Origin: Octopus vulgaris
Taxonomy: Eukaryota
NCBI GenBank assembly: GCA_951406725.2
Contig: OX597818.1
Location: 37,386,001-37,450,000 of the forward strand
Length of the DNA: 64,000 bases
Direction of reading: 5' to 3'
In this document: in pieces, positions 1 through 13,400 of the stretch
How positions within the stretch are numbered: the stretch's first letter is position 1
Layout of the letters: every line of letters begins with the position of its first letter
Made by a program: the position numbers and the translations under genes
Notes under the pieces: generated by a model
Seen by the model: only the letters and a program-made list of their open reading frames with translations
Told to the model about the DNA's origin: nothing
Databases searched by the model: none

Positions 1-298
1 TTGTGCCAAAATTTGAAACCATTATTATTATTATTATTGAACCAGTGAGCTGGCAGAATCATTTGCACACCATGCAAACTGCTTAGCAGCATTTCATCCG
101 TCTTTGCCTTTCATATTTTTAAGGTTGATAAATTAAGTACCAGTGAAATACTGGGGTTGATGTAATCGAATTTCAGACCTTGTGCCTTCAGACCTTCTAT
201 TAAAAATAGAAAGGATGATTATTATTATTATTATCATTATAGACTACTATTAATTTTGGCTTTATTCTCCAGTTGGACAAACTGAAACATTAATAGGC

Positions 299-536
299 TT
301 TACTCTTTTACTTGTTTCAGTCATTTGACTGTGGCCATGCTGAAGCACCACCTTTAGTCGAGCAAATCGATCCCAGGACTTATTCTTTGTAAGCCTAGTA
401 CTTATTCTATTGGTCCCTTTTTGCCAAACCACTAAGTTATGAGGATGTAAACACACCAGCATCGGTTGTCAAGCGATGTTGGGGGGACAAACAGACACAC
501 ACACATATATATACATATATATGTATATATATATAC

Positions 537-569
<33 letters not shown>

Positions 570-737
570 CATATATACGACTGGCTTCTTTCAGTTTCCA
601 TCTACCAAATCTATTCACAAGACTGGTCGGCCCGAGGCTATAGTAGAAGACACTTGCCCAAGGTGCCACACAGTGGGACTGAACTGGAACCATGTGGCTG
701 GTAAGCAAGCTACTTACCACACAGCCACTCCTGCGCC
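299..737 (-). mobile_element. tRNA-derived SINE family A (with internal TA/CA microsatellite)
   Basis: Head GGCGCAGGAGTGGCTGTGTGGTAAG...GGTTC.AGT, tail GAAACAAGTAAAAGAG. Recurs many times in the window. Confidence 0.85.
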
Positions 738-2158
738 TTAAAATCTGTTAGGACCCATGACCAATATACCTTGAATCTGTTTTGGAATAGGTGCTAAGTA
801 TTACACGAACTGTATTTGGTAATTCCCATAATGTATTTGGTCATAAGGTTACCATTGAAGACTTTTTGTATCTCTAGTGCGTGTCAGCAGTGTGGAATCC
901 AGCTTCCTCTAAACAGTCTTCTTGCAATGATAAACTCAAGTACTGTAGGCTACTGAAGCACTGTAAAATACTATAGGGCTACTGCTGTTTTCAAAAAGAA
1001 TGTTCTTTCTACTTTACTGTAGCTGTTAAGTTCATAAACAATGTGGTATATGATACTGAAATGTCTCAACCACAGACAATACTTTGTTCATTCATTAAGC
1101 CCTTTCAATCTTTATGGAGCTTAGGTCATTTTCTCCACTATTCTTCTAAGTTTTGAATTGCTATCAATGCTTCTGTAATTTTGCTTTCTCTAGGTTGGAG
1201 TATTGGCCCTACACAAATTTATTTTTATCTCTGAAAAGAAGTGATCCATATTAGTCAGGCCTCTATCCTTTGACCTGTCTAAAATGGGAAGTACTACCAG
1301 AAGGTTGTGCTTCGCTGACATAGCTCTCAGGGTCATTGAAGTACACAGGCTACCACACTACAACAAGAACTGGACCTTGTGGTAGTCAGACACAATGTTG
1401 ATTAAAGAATACAAACAATAACACTTCTGTTTGTTAAATACCCTGAACCTCTTAGTATATGTTGATCTTGTATTATTTTTCTCTGAAGGAATATGTTTGT
1501 CAATCCTATAACTCACCTGTTCTTAAAACAGTACTGAATTTTTTTCTTTTTCTTAATTCCACACAAGATAACAAAACATTTGGTCTTTGAGAAAGAACCA
1601 CCATATATCAGGTTGTAATCATTGCCTTTTCACAGCTAGATGAGCTGATCTACAGAGAGTTGGCCACAGACACAATGCTATATCAGTGACTTGGTTTGAA
1701 TTGCCAATATTTCAGTTTATTAATGTGGCCAACCTAACTCTCTGAATAAATGGAGTGTTAGCTTTAATTTATGCCATAATAGTTTTAATTTCTGAAAGCT
1801 ATTACACTTCACTTAGCCTGCTAATGACCTAGGAATAGTGTGTTTCAAATTCCCTAAAATTGCTGGCACTAGACCAGCTGTTTTAGGGAATGGTTAAGTT
1901 TATTACATCAACCCAAGGGCTCAACTGGTATTTATTTTATTAATGATGAAAGGCAAAGTCAATTTGGGAGGATTTGAAAACAGAACAAAAAGAGATGGAA
2001 GAAATATCACCGAGCATTTTATTCAACATATTAAGAGTTCTGCCAATTTGCTGCCTTGATCTAGAAATAGTTTGATCACCACAATGTCTCACCCTTTTCC
2101 TTCTAAAGTATAGCCATGTAGCTCAGTCAAATTAATTCAATATTTTATTCCTATTGTA

Positions 2159-2545
2159 AGGCAGCGAGCTGGCAGAAACGTTAGCACACCGGGTGAAATA
2201 CTTAGCGGTATTTCGTCTGTCTTTCGTCTGAGTTCAAATTCCGCCGTGGTCGACTTTGCCTTTAATCCTTTCAGGGGTCGATTAAATAAGTACCAGTTAC
2301 ACACTGGGGTCGATATAATCGACTTAATCCGTTTGTTCCCTGTGTTTAGCCCCTTGTGGGTAGTAAAGAAATAGAAATAGGTATTTCATCAGTCTTAACG
2401 TTCTGAGTTCAAATTACGCGAAGGTCAACTTTGCCTTTCATCCTTTTAGGGTTAATAAATTAAGTACCAGTTGCATACTGATGTCAATCTAATTGACTGG
2501 CCCCCTCCCCAAAAATTTCGGGCCTTGTGCCTTGAGAAGAAAAGA
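2159..2545 (+). mobile_element. tRNA-derived SINE family B (tandem dimer)
   Basis: GGCAGCGAGCTGGCAGAAACGTTAG...GAGTTCAAATTCC...GACTTTGCCTTTCATCC...TAAGTACCAG. Confidence 0.8.
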
Positions 2546-3016
2546 ATATTTTATTCCTATTGTATGCTAAATGCTCTTGGACAAGAGTTAGGCTAAGATC
2601 AAGCCACACAATGCACTGCTTTTGATTATCAGCTGAAACTAATTAGCACCATTATTGCTTTGGGAAAAGGTATAACGTTTTAAAATCTCATTCTCCTCGG
2701 ATTTTTTTACTTCATTCCAGTGAAAGAAACTAGTATTTTGTGCATGTAATGAGAAAGTCTGACTTCAACATAATATTGCCATGTACGTATAGAGTCAAGG
2801 TAGTAGCAATTGTAGATTCATTTATTTTAGGTTATGAAAAATGGTTAATGACAATCACGATAAATCTGAAGTAAAGCCCTTCCTCGTCCTGGTAGCTAAA
2901 ATAGTTTATTCATTATTGACTCATTTCAAATCTACATACTTCGTTTTCAAACAGCATACTTAACACTGCCTTCTTTTAATGGATCTGAATGAAAATTATA
3001 ATTAAATAGTCATTTA

Positions 3017-4095
3017 AGTGGTAAGGAGCTTGCTTCCTAACCACATGGTTCTGGGTTTAGTTCTGCTGCGTGGCAGCCTCTGGCCGACCAAAGCCATTTG
3101 AGTGGATTTAGTTGACGGAAACTGAAAGAAGCCCGTCGTATATATTCATGTGTATGTCTGTGTCCACCTTCCATCGCTTGACAACGGATGTTGGTGTGTT
3201 TACATCCCCGAAACTTAGTGGTTCAGCAAAAGAAACTGATAGAATAAGTACTAGACTTACAAAGAATAAGTCCTGGGGTTGATTTGTTCGACCAAAGGTG
3301 GTACTCCAGTATGGTCGCGGTCACATGACAGAAACAAGTAATAGAATAGAGAGGGAGGGGGGAGAGAGAGAGCACAATGTGGCATATCAAGGGAAACAAC
3401 TCGTATTGCTTCTCTCTGCAAGTTTTGTGGAGGGAAAATGTCGGCCGGATCGAACAGACTATGATCGTATCAATAACGTTCGAGGCGTAGTTGTGATTTT
3501 ATTTGGACATAGAGGAGGATGCACTAGAACAGTAGATGATATATAAAAGGGGTGGGAACAAAAGAATTTCTTAGCTAAGACCGCACTATAACTTTCCAGA
3601 GAAACGTATGCCTCCACCTCGGTGATTGGGGGAAAAGTATTGGTGTAGAAAATCTGCTGTGAAAAAAAGATTCCATGTCCCACTAAATTTTTTTTAATGA
3701 ATCCCGCGCTCCACAATTTTCCCAGGTCCCCCACTGCTAGGGCGTATGCTGTAGATGAAAGGATACTGACATATTGGTTAGAGGAGAAATAACTTTGATT
3801 TGGTGTTTCCGTAAGAAGCGGTTAATTTGTAATGTTTATCCCAAGTCAACCCAGAACGTGGATTTAGTTGACGCAAACTGAAAGAAGCCCGTCGTATATA
3901 TTCATGTGTATGTCTGTGTCCACCTTCCATCGCTTGACAACGGATGTTGGTGTGTTTACATCCCCGAAATTTAGTGGTTCGGCAAAAGAAACTGATAAAA
4001 TAAGTTCTAAGCTTACGAAGAATAACTCCTGAGGTACTCCAGTATGGTCGCGGTCACATGACTGAAACAAGTAAAAGAATAGAGAGAGAGAGAGC
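3017..4095 (+). mobile_element. Two SINE family A copies (3017-3345 and 3859-4095) with a spacer
   Basis: Both match family A and share private variants. Confidence 0.75.
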
Positions 4096-4884
4096 ACAGA
4101 ACGAGCACACCTATGATTAATGCATTAAAGACTACAAAATCCATTATCTAGAATTTGGGTGATGGGGATTATTATGAAGAGATTTAGGTTCTCTTTCTAG
4201 CTGATCGAATGACTGCATTGAATTTTTGACCCGGAATAGTTATTTTTAAAAGTGTTGGCGGAGAAATGCGCCTGCAAAAGTTACTTGATATTGCCGTTCA
4301 CATAAAAATGACACTCGTTTTAATTGTGTAGTTACTCATTTAATAATGTTTTAATGAGTTAATATAATGGATTTTGTTTTGAGGTTATATACACAAAATC
4401 CATTGAACCAATTTAGCACAAAAAATGTCACAGAAACTTAGTTTGTGTCAGATTGAATTGGTGACCTGAAAATTGAGAGAAATTTAATTTGTTTATCTAG
4501 GTTGATATGGAGTGGATTCACTCACCTTAAGAATAAATTTAGTTAAGTACCCTAAAATGTCCCACCGTCCGCCTAGCGTGCCAAATATCGATGATGTCCC
4601 ACCATCTTGATCATTAGAGTTATCTCCCTTTACCTCAAACTCTATGTACATACGTGTGTGTGTCCACTTCGTGGATAGATAGATCGGTCGATTCTATTCA
4701 ATTTTGAATTCTACTTTATATATCTATATTATTCTTTTCATTTAGATATTGTTTTATTGTCTATCAGTTATCATTTCCGTCTGTAATTGACATAGAATAG
4801 AGACAGTCCTAACCGATCAGACCTATGATCAATAGACATTCTAGATTCTATCTGTGACTGTCCCGTCCGCGAAACTTCTTTTTC

Positions 4885-5370
4885 TCACGAGAGTTCCGGG
4901 CCCCAGTTATGAACTCTTTTGCATACAATCAATCAGAGCTCAACTATCAACCTAATTTATGATCACATAAGTATGGGCAATAAGGTAAGGTCACTTGGAT
5001 AAGGAATGACCATGCTCCTTTTCTCTTTTTAGAATGTTTGTTGTTCTTGTTTCAACCATTGCTGCCTCTGCGTGTGTTGTTGTTTACTTTGTAAAGCAGT
5101 AAGGAGAGAGAGTTACTAGCACATCACCTTCTACCCACATTTTCCCCATATGGGGCCCTAACAAAATCCGATAATAGGTATAGATGCAAATCTATCTAAT
5201 TACTTGTCACCTAATATCAGGCATAACTTGATGATCGGTCGGCTTACAACACCGTTCTTCGTCTTGAGTTTACTTGGTAGAGTATGTTTGTTAACTTGAC
5301 ACGGTCAAGGTGAGCTCTGATTGGCTGTATGCAAAAGAGTTCATTACTGGGGTCCGGAACTCTCGTGGGA
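4885..5370. mobile_element. MITE with ~60-bp TIRs
   Basis: tcacgagagttccgggccccagttatgaactcttttgcataca...agagctca is inverted at about 5311-5370. Confidence 0.75.
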
Positions 5371-6607
5371 AATAATTTCACATCCCGTCTTTCAAACTAT
5401 ATCTAGGATTACATTTTCAGTGTGCCTTCTCTAAAACGGTAGGGTGTAATTTTGTAACATGGCGGCGAAGAGGTTCCCAGTTGTTGACTCCATGTAGTTC
5501 AAACGTTAGCTCTACTCGAGTAGTCTTATGGCTTGCATGAATTCAGTCGAACGAAGAGGTGCGACCCGCGAATCCATCTTTGCTGTTCTGCTATATCAAA
5601 GCCTAGTTGAAGACCATAATGCACACACCGACATGCGGCAATGAAACGAATGGGGTACAGCGAGACACTCGGGACATGCTGAACTTCCTTACTGTCCAGG
5701 TTATTTGTGCAAACCTTTAGAAACTGTTGGTGGACAAAGCAGGTTCAGTCAAAATGGTGTTCTTGTTCTTCTGTGAATGCGCGTGGCTTAGTGGTTACAG
5801 TATTCCGCTCACGATCGTAAAGTCGTGATTTCGATTCCCGGTGGCGCGTTGTCTTTTAGCAAGACACTTTATTTTTGTCCATGGTTGTCCATGCATGGCA
5901 AATGACATGGTGAGACGGTTAGTGAGGTTGGTGGTGGTTTCTATTTAGAAACTTTACATTTCTATAGTGTCGTCTCCTGTTAAGTTGATGGGGTCAGTTG
6001 TGATATCAATGTAATGAATGCAAGATTTATATACACGTATACTAAACCGACTACCTTTGCAGTAAAAGGAACTGTCTATTATAATTTGAATGAAATAGAG
6101 AATATTGGGTGTTCTATGCAGAGAAAGTAAAACTAATTCTGGAATTGTTACGTGAATGTCGTATGTAATAAGAAAATATTTGTCCTATAAAGGAAGGGGT
6201 TTTTTTTAACCTTTTGAAGGTTATGATGCAAATGGTTGATGTATGTTTGTATAAATTTATTCGGTGCTGATCTATGGTGTTGCAAAGAGGTATAACAACC
6301 GTTTTTTGAGTCGTCTATGTTATTGTTTCCTTAGTGTCATGTATTCTTAAATATTTGTAAATGGTGTTCTTTGAGTGTGTCTTTGTTTATACTTTGTAGA
6401 CTTTTTTAGTGAAAGTTTTATGGCCATAGCTTGCAGATTCGTGCCTTTGGTCGTTCTCTGGTGGAGTTTGTATCCTTCTGTATGATGAAAAAAAAACATT
6501 CATCCATTGACATTCAGGTTGTGACCAACACATGACTTCTAAGATTTTGTATTTTGAGTAACCTAGCTGAATTTGGAAGTATTCACCGGACCTTCACTTC
6601 CAGTACA

Positions 6608-6927
6608 GAACATAGGTAACGTAGCAACCGAGAATGGAAACAACAGCCGACACTTAATACAATTGATATATGCATCTAAGAATTCGAGGATTCTAGCTTT
6701 GTTTACACGTGATGACCACTAAAATTAATTGAGTTGTCTTAATTTCCATCTTATTGTAAATTTCATAAACATAAAGCACTAAATATTGGAACTCGAAAGT
6801 TCTGGCATTGTTTACACGTGTTGTCGACTAAGATTATTTAAACTAACTTGATTACGACTCTTCCATTTTGTACCGGAGTTCAAAGTCGTACAAATGCATC
6901 CAAATTTGACCATGTTACCTATATTCA
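6608..6927. mobile_element. MITE-like element with short TIRs and an internal direct repeat
   Basis: gaacataggtaac / gttacctatattc ends, with the internal repeat ttgtttacacgtg at about 6699 and 6808. Confidence 0.5.
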
Positions 6928-8459
6928 ATATTAGTTTATTCCGACATGTACAGGAGAAAAAGACAGACTGGATAAATCATTAGACTCAACTCCCGGATTG
7001 TAAGTTCACTAACGTTGCAGATATATAGCTGTGGTTGTCGGAGGCAGAACTCTTAGTTCTGTTTATCTTAGGTTATCGAGAGAGCAGACGACAAGTGGTT
7101 TAATCATTGGAGGAAGATCAGCGTCTCATGACCTTTTGGGAAATCTTTTGGTATTTGGATGGCGGAGGCACTACTCTTACGTTTGCTAGAGACCTCGTCC
7201 GAATGCGTGAAATAGGACAAGCCCTGTAAAATGATCAAGGTGGTGATGTTATACTGGATGTCGGATAATGAGCAGATACAATCCACACAAAAGGCTCCCG
7301 CAAATTTTCCGTCTACTTGAGGCAATGGGAGGAAATTTGTCCAAAGTGACCATGCAATGAGATCGATCTAGGAACAATTCGATCGTAGAACGATCTTAAC
7401 CATACAACTAAGTATGGTAGATACACATTTCATCCGGTTGGAACGCAAATAATATTTCATTTGCTGTTGAATCTGGAACAAACCCTCGTAACCCGTAAAA
7501 GGAGAAGTGGTAGCTTAAACATCGTTTTTGCAATAAATGACAATATTTCATACAAGAGATGCATTTAAAGTCAAAGCTTAAAAAAAAAAAGATTCCGAAA
7601 ATACTGTGAAAAGAATATTATAACAAATATATTAATCTATCTTCAAACAGTTAACGTGCTGAATTGATGGAATCGTTAGAATAGCAGACAAAATGTCAGC
7701 GGTATTTAGTTACTGCACTATAGACTACAAATTCTAGTTGATATGGAACTTCTTTCATCTTTAACATAGATCTTAGCGTCGAGTTCTCTGCGATAAGGTT
7801 CTGAAGTCAATTCAAACAATGGAAACAGCTTTATTTCATGAAGACAACTCTGATGTTTCAGGCAGAACTTTTTATCAGAAAACAACTGCCGACTGATTTT
7901 GAAGGAGGATAAATAAAACAGGGTTTATAAACCAGGTGATATTTCGGCTCTCTCTCTCTCTCTCTCTCTGCCTTCCTACCGTAACAACATAATGGCATCT
8001 GCTTCTTGGAGCTGGCTGGTCCCACTCATCTCTCTTCCTCTCACCACTCGAGTTGTGTCCAACGCTCCACGCTCAGATCCTACATAAGTGTTTCCTTTCC
8101 AGAAAGTCGATTCTCTGTTATTCCCTCCTTGCTCATTCATACCTTACCTGAACGTGTTAACTTGTAACGGAACATAAAGCTCGCTGAAACTGCGAAATTC
8201 ATTGGCATTGCGCTTTCTTTCCCGACCCAGAAAGTTAAGATTAAAAATCTACTTGATTGTCTCCATCACCTGATAAACTGTTTTAAATGAGCAAGAAACG
8301 AATAACATTTGTTAGTTTGAATACTCAATATATATTTGCAAAGGTGTAACCAGATAAAAGACGAACAGACAGAGTGCGTGCAAGTTGTACGACTTTGTTA
8401 GAGTTAGAATTAGAGATTTGTCTCTAACTCAAACTCAGCCACTTCTTTTCTCAAAAGTC

Positions 8460-8855
8460 GGTAAGTAGCTTGCTTATGAACCACATGGTTCCGGGTTCAG
8501 TCCCACTGCGTGGAACCTTGGGCAAGTGCCTTCTACTATAGGTCGGGCCGACCAAAGCCTTGTGAGTGGATTTGGTAGACAGAAACTGAAAGAAGCCCGT
8601 CGTATATATGTGTATATGTGTGTGTGTGTGTATATATATATATATGTGTGTTTGTGTATCTATGTTTGTCCCCCCAACATCGCTTGACAACCAATGCTGG
8701 TGCGTTTACGTCCCCGTAACTTAACGGTTCGGCAAAAGACACCGATAGAGTAAGTACTAGGCTGACAAAGAATAAGTCCTGGGGTCGATTTGCTCGACTA
8801 AAGGCGGTGCTCCAGCATGGCCACAGTCAAATGACTGAAACAAGTAAAAGAGTAA
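8460..8855 (+). mobile_element. SINE family A
   Basis: Aligns by eye with the other family A copies. Confidence 0.85.
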
Positions 8856-9430
8856 GATCCAGAAACGTCGTAAAGCACCAACACAAACGTTCTACACCGG
8901 CATTAGATCACTTGTTCGACGACGGTTCACAACATTTGAAGTGTACGTGTAAATGCGAAGCGTGATGGTTGGGTGCGGCGGTTTGGCCATTGGCTGACTG
9001 GACAGTGAACCTATTTAGGTGACATTTATTTTTAGCATTGGAGGGAAACGCACTGAATTATACACATTCAGATAGACAGACAGACAGATAGAGGAATAGA
9101 TTTTTTTATTAGCCACGCAGGGCTGAACACAGAAGGGACAAAATACAAAGTAGAGCTTTTCTTTTTGGGAAGAAGAGAAGAAAAAAAAGGTCGAATTCCG
9201 ATCAAAAGGGATCGTGAAAAGAAAAAGAAAAAAAGTGGGGCCAATCAAAAGAGATCGTGTATCACAGAAATGTCAATGTAAAAAGGGAAAAACAGATTAG
9301 GTTTGTCTGTAGATAGAAAAGCCTAGATAGATAGATAGACAGACAGACAAATAAAAGGAGAGAGAGAAAAATTACAGTTTATTAATAGAACATGATTGAC
9401 ATAAACACTGAACCTCTTCTCATACGCATT

Positions 9431-9715
9431 AACTGGCACTCCGTCGGTTACGACGATGAGTGTTCCAGTTGATCAAGTGACTGACCACTCTACAGACACG
9501 GGTAACCTTAACGTAGTTTTCATGGAGATTCAGTGGGACACAAAATGTGAGAAGGCCGGTCCCTTTGAATTACAGGTACAACTCATTTTTGCCAGCTGAG
9601 TGGACTGGAGCAACGTGAAATAAACCATCTTGCTCAAGGATACCACTCGCCGCCGGGAGTCGAACTCACGACCTTACGACCGTTAACTGAATACCCTTGC
9701 CATCGGCCACGCGCC
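9431..9715 (-). mobile_element. tRNA-derived SINE family C
   Basis: Head GGCGCGTGGCC...GTAAGGTCGTGAGTTCGA, body TTTATTTCACGTTGCTCCAGTCCACTCAGCTGGCAAAAATGAG. Relatives at about 55916-56223, 34160-34485 and 5778-5875. Confidence 0.75.
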
Positions 9716-9957
9716 ATCTCATACACATACAGAGAAATATACTGACACACATAAATAAGGAGAGAGAAAGGGGAAAGGAGAAAGATGGAAACGTTAAAAC
9801 GCCCGATGTCAAATAAGTCAACGTCGTATCAGCGGCGTCAAAACGACTGTGCCAAAGCGTTTCATGCTAGGTTAGATAAAACCAACTCGAATTTACTGCC
9901 AAAATATTAGTCGATCACGAGAGTTTAGAAAATATTTTTGTTTAGTTGCGACGGTTC

Positions 9958-10294
9958 ATGCCATGGAGATATTTACAAAGTCAGAAAACAGCACAGCTCC
10001 CATGACTTTCGGAAACATTTTTTCACGCTGAGAGTTGCTGAAGCATGGAACAAACTGCCGGCATCAGTCGTTAGTTATTGGAGCACTACATCCTTCAAAA
10101 CTTCCATGCTTTCTGAGATTCACCAACACTACACCTGATTTTCTCCCCTCCATACACACGCAAGCATGTATCTGACCCATACACTGTTCGCTTTCCAGAC
10201 ATTTGTACATTACTGCATATACTTTATACGCACTTTTTGACAAGTTGTGATGCACCTGAGCACTGTATACAATAATTTCATTATTATTATTACT
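9958..10294 (+). mobile_element. CR1/L2-clade LINE 3' end
   Basis: Encodes RKHFFTLRVAEAWNKLPASVV (the CR1-type C-terminal FF..RV...WN.LP motif), followed by an (ATT)n tail. Confidence 0.8.
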
Positions 10295-10374
10295 CATTCA
10301 CAATGTCTTTAGTATATTCTATCCGAATCTAAGAACAGAGTTTCTTTTGCTATGAATATGGTACAAGCTCAAAA

Positions 10375-10568
10375 ATCTACTACAAGCACAAGGCCCGAAA
10401 TTTGTGGGAAGTGGGATAGTCGATCACATCGACTCCACTACTCAACTAGTACTTATTTTATCGACCCCAAAAGGATGAAAGGCAAAGTCGACTCCGGCAG
10501 AATTTGAACTCAAAACGGTTGAAATACCGCTAAGCATTTGTTCGGTGTGCTAACGATTCTGCTAGCAA
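10375..10568 (-). mobile_element. SINE family B
   Basis: Reverse-complement match to family B. Confidence 0.75.
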
Positions 10569-13318
10569 TTATTCCGATACTACTTTCCTAATAACGTTCT
10601 AACATTGGAATAACCCATGTAGTAGTAGTAGTAGTAGTTGTTATAATTTTGAGGGGAGGGAGTCTACACCACTAACCTCAGTACTTGATTAGTATTCTAT
10701 TTTATTGACCCCCGAAAGGGTGCAAGACGAAGTTGAGCCCTGCAAGATTTGAACTCAGAAAGTGAAGACCCAAAGGAAAACATCGCAAGGCATTTTGTCT
10801 GACTCTTTAATGATTCTACGCGTAGTTGTGCAACATTCTTAGAGTAGATTACTGAAGTCAGAAGGGGTTCTGAGACCTATATAACTGCCATTGGCAAAGT
10901 AACCTCCCCCTTTACACACACACACATACATCATATTGGGTCTAACATTTTCTAAGGGCTCCATCATTCCCTGAACTTAGTTTTTAAAATTTATCTGTGC
11001 TACTAAAGAGGACTCCTTATAAGGCCACGGTAAACCGATTTTTTGGCTGCTTCCTTTTCTAACACTTATGTTCTTAAACGGTCAATTACCTACTTACCAT
11101 TTTCTCTTCTCATTATATTTGAATCTTCACATCCACGTACGGAATCATTAGTGGTTTGCGCAAACATTTACAAAAAAAATTGTTTGGCTAGATATATATT
11201 TTAGTGAATACTAGTGTGAAATAGAAATCAACTGTTGATGTGGATCATACAAAGTTTTGCCATTTAGATTATTAAAAAACCCTTGTGGTTTTTTTTTTAA
11301 TTAAAAGAATCTTGTACTGAAATTATGTATTATTCTGTTTTTAATGGTTGTTATAAATCTTCCCTAACAGAAAGTTAATCTGATGCAGTAATTTTAAGTT
11401 ACATAGGTAAATAATCAAACTCAGTCTCCTTTAGATGACTTTGTCATAACTTCTAGATTTGATGAAGTTAGGATCTAAGCATCGAATGTAAGAAAATAAG
11501 CGAAAGGCATTGTTCCGAAAGTTACTGCATGTGCACTCGTAGACCTGTATGGCAGGCAGGTTTATAGAGGTGGCGGTGAAGTAAGTAGCTCTGCTTTATT
11601 GGATAAATTTTCAGACATCTACGCTAGCATTTCGCTATTTGAATGTGGTAAATGCCGTGTGGAACTAGAAACATATTTCCACACTTCCCTTCCCAAAATA
11701 CAGATTTCATAGTCGAAGAATTGAATGAAGGCACTAATTAAGCTATATATCAATTGTGTAGATAATTTGCATATAGCTATTTCTTCCACGTCTAACATAA
11801 ACACAGTAGTATTATAAGTTCTTCCTTTTGTGTGTGTATAAAACGACAGCAACAACAGATCACATTATGTTTCTAAACCTTATGAGATGCTTAAATAAAA
11901 ATTACCAAAGTGGAATGAATTATTTTGCCGCGCGGAAGAAAAGTTTAACATTCCAGATAGATCTGTTTTTTTTTTTTGGTTTTTTAGAGAATTTGTAAGT
12001 TAACTCTCTCCGGGGAAGGAAGGGTCCATCACAGCAAATTAATATATTCCACTTAGTAAACTTTTTGAATTTAGTATTTGAAGATGATAGACCATCAGTA
12101 GAATTTTTTTTCAAGTTTATACCTATTTATTTTAATGGCTCTGTTAGAAGAGAAACATCGATGTTCATGATCTTTCTCGAAGTTACTGACGCTAGTGGTT
12201 TTATCCGCGAAGACCTGACCTGTAAGGACATTACTAAAAGCGCCCAAGGATCAGGTGATGGCGTTAAACCGATGAGCGGAAAAAATGCTACAGGTTTAAT
12301 ATGCTACGGAAAAAATACCACGTGTTAAATAGAGTGTGGTTATTGTCAAAGGATTTAAATATGGCAGGTGTGTGTGTGTGTATTTTAAGTAATACCGTTC
12401 GCACATTTCGGAGTGGTTAAGAATTGTTTCTACCATTTTCCCGACTCTGCATCTTTATGACTGACGTGCAGCACCACCCGAATTTTTGCATGTATCATCG
12501 GAAAACTTTCGGAACCGAAAGCTTAATTTCGACCCGGGCATTTACTGTAGCATTTTCTCCGGTATTCGTTAAATCGAACGATTTCCTTTTATTTGATCGG
12601 TTTACTTATAAAATAAATTGTCTATGACATTAGTAAAGTATGTCTGATATATTTAAAAACATTATTTTCTCTGGAAATATCCACATTATGTGCCGCTAAA
12701 TACGGACTAAGTCATAGCTACAAATATATGAAGCTACAAGCTCAATATTTTCTTATTGAATTTCCCGCCATTTCAGTAAGAAAACTAGAGAACTTTATCG
12801 GATTTCAACATTTGTGTGAATGATACTGCAATATTATGCATTCTCAAATCAGAAATAAAAGTATTTTTTCTAAGATTACATTTTAAAACGTATACGTTAT
12901 TGGATAACGAAAAATCGTTGGAAGAATCAAACGTGCAACATGCCAGTCATATTTTAAGAAGACAAGTATATTTTCGAAAAACTTTTCAAAACTGGAAATT
13001 AACATATAAAATAAATAACCATTCTTTAATACAACAAAATTAAGTTATTTCGCTTCGTTGTCCAAATTTGCCAAATTACAAACCTAAGTAGTTTCTATTC
13101 GCTTGGCTACCCATCATTCCCCAGACTTTAATTTCTAACAAATAGTTTAGATGTAACGTGACTAATAGCAAAATTACATGTAAATATAATTGCTTAAATT
13201 AATAATATCAAAGCAATCAACTGTCGTTTAGTATAAACTCTCACACACAGTAAATAAACGGAAGACTAAATCAGTAATTAAGATTTTTCTAAGAAACCGC
13301 CACCTTGTCATTTAAGTA

Positions 13319-13354
13319 TTTCGCGCTAAAGTCAAAAGTCCCGGGTTATCTCCC
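13319..13354 (+). promoter_or_regulatory. Candidate HINFP core promoter: E2F site TTTCGCGC(TAAA) plus GTTATCTCCC
   Basis: TTTCGCGC at 13319-13326 matches the E2F consensus TTTSSCGC; GTTATCTCCC at 13345-13354. A second E2F-type site TTTCCCGCC lies near 12760. Confidence 0.5.
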
Positions 13355-13400
13355 TGTATCATCACATCGTCTCCTGACAACAAGCACCATAATTTCTTTT
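13355..13400 (+). other. HINFP: Putative non-coding first exon of HINFP (start approximate)
   Basis: The ATG exon begins at a splice acceptor 10 nt before the ATG, so an upstream exon is needed. A GTGAGT donor at 13401 lies just after E2F and GTTATCTCCC motifs in CpG-retaining DNA. Confidence 0.5.

Noticed and set aside
466-741. ORFs with IYIYIY runs (also 8451, 22670, 33139, 54685)
   Set aside because: They are translations of SINE family A and its TA microsatellite.
770-960. Minus-strand coding exon between apparent AG and GT sites
   Set aside because: All three frames contain stops.
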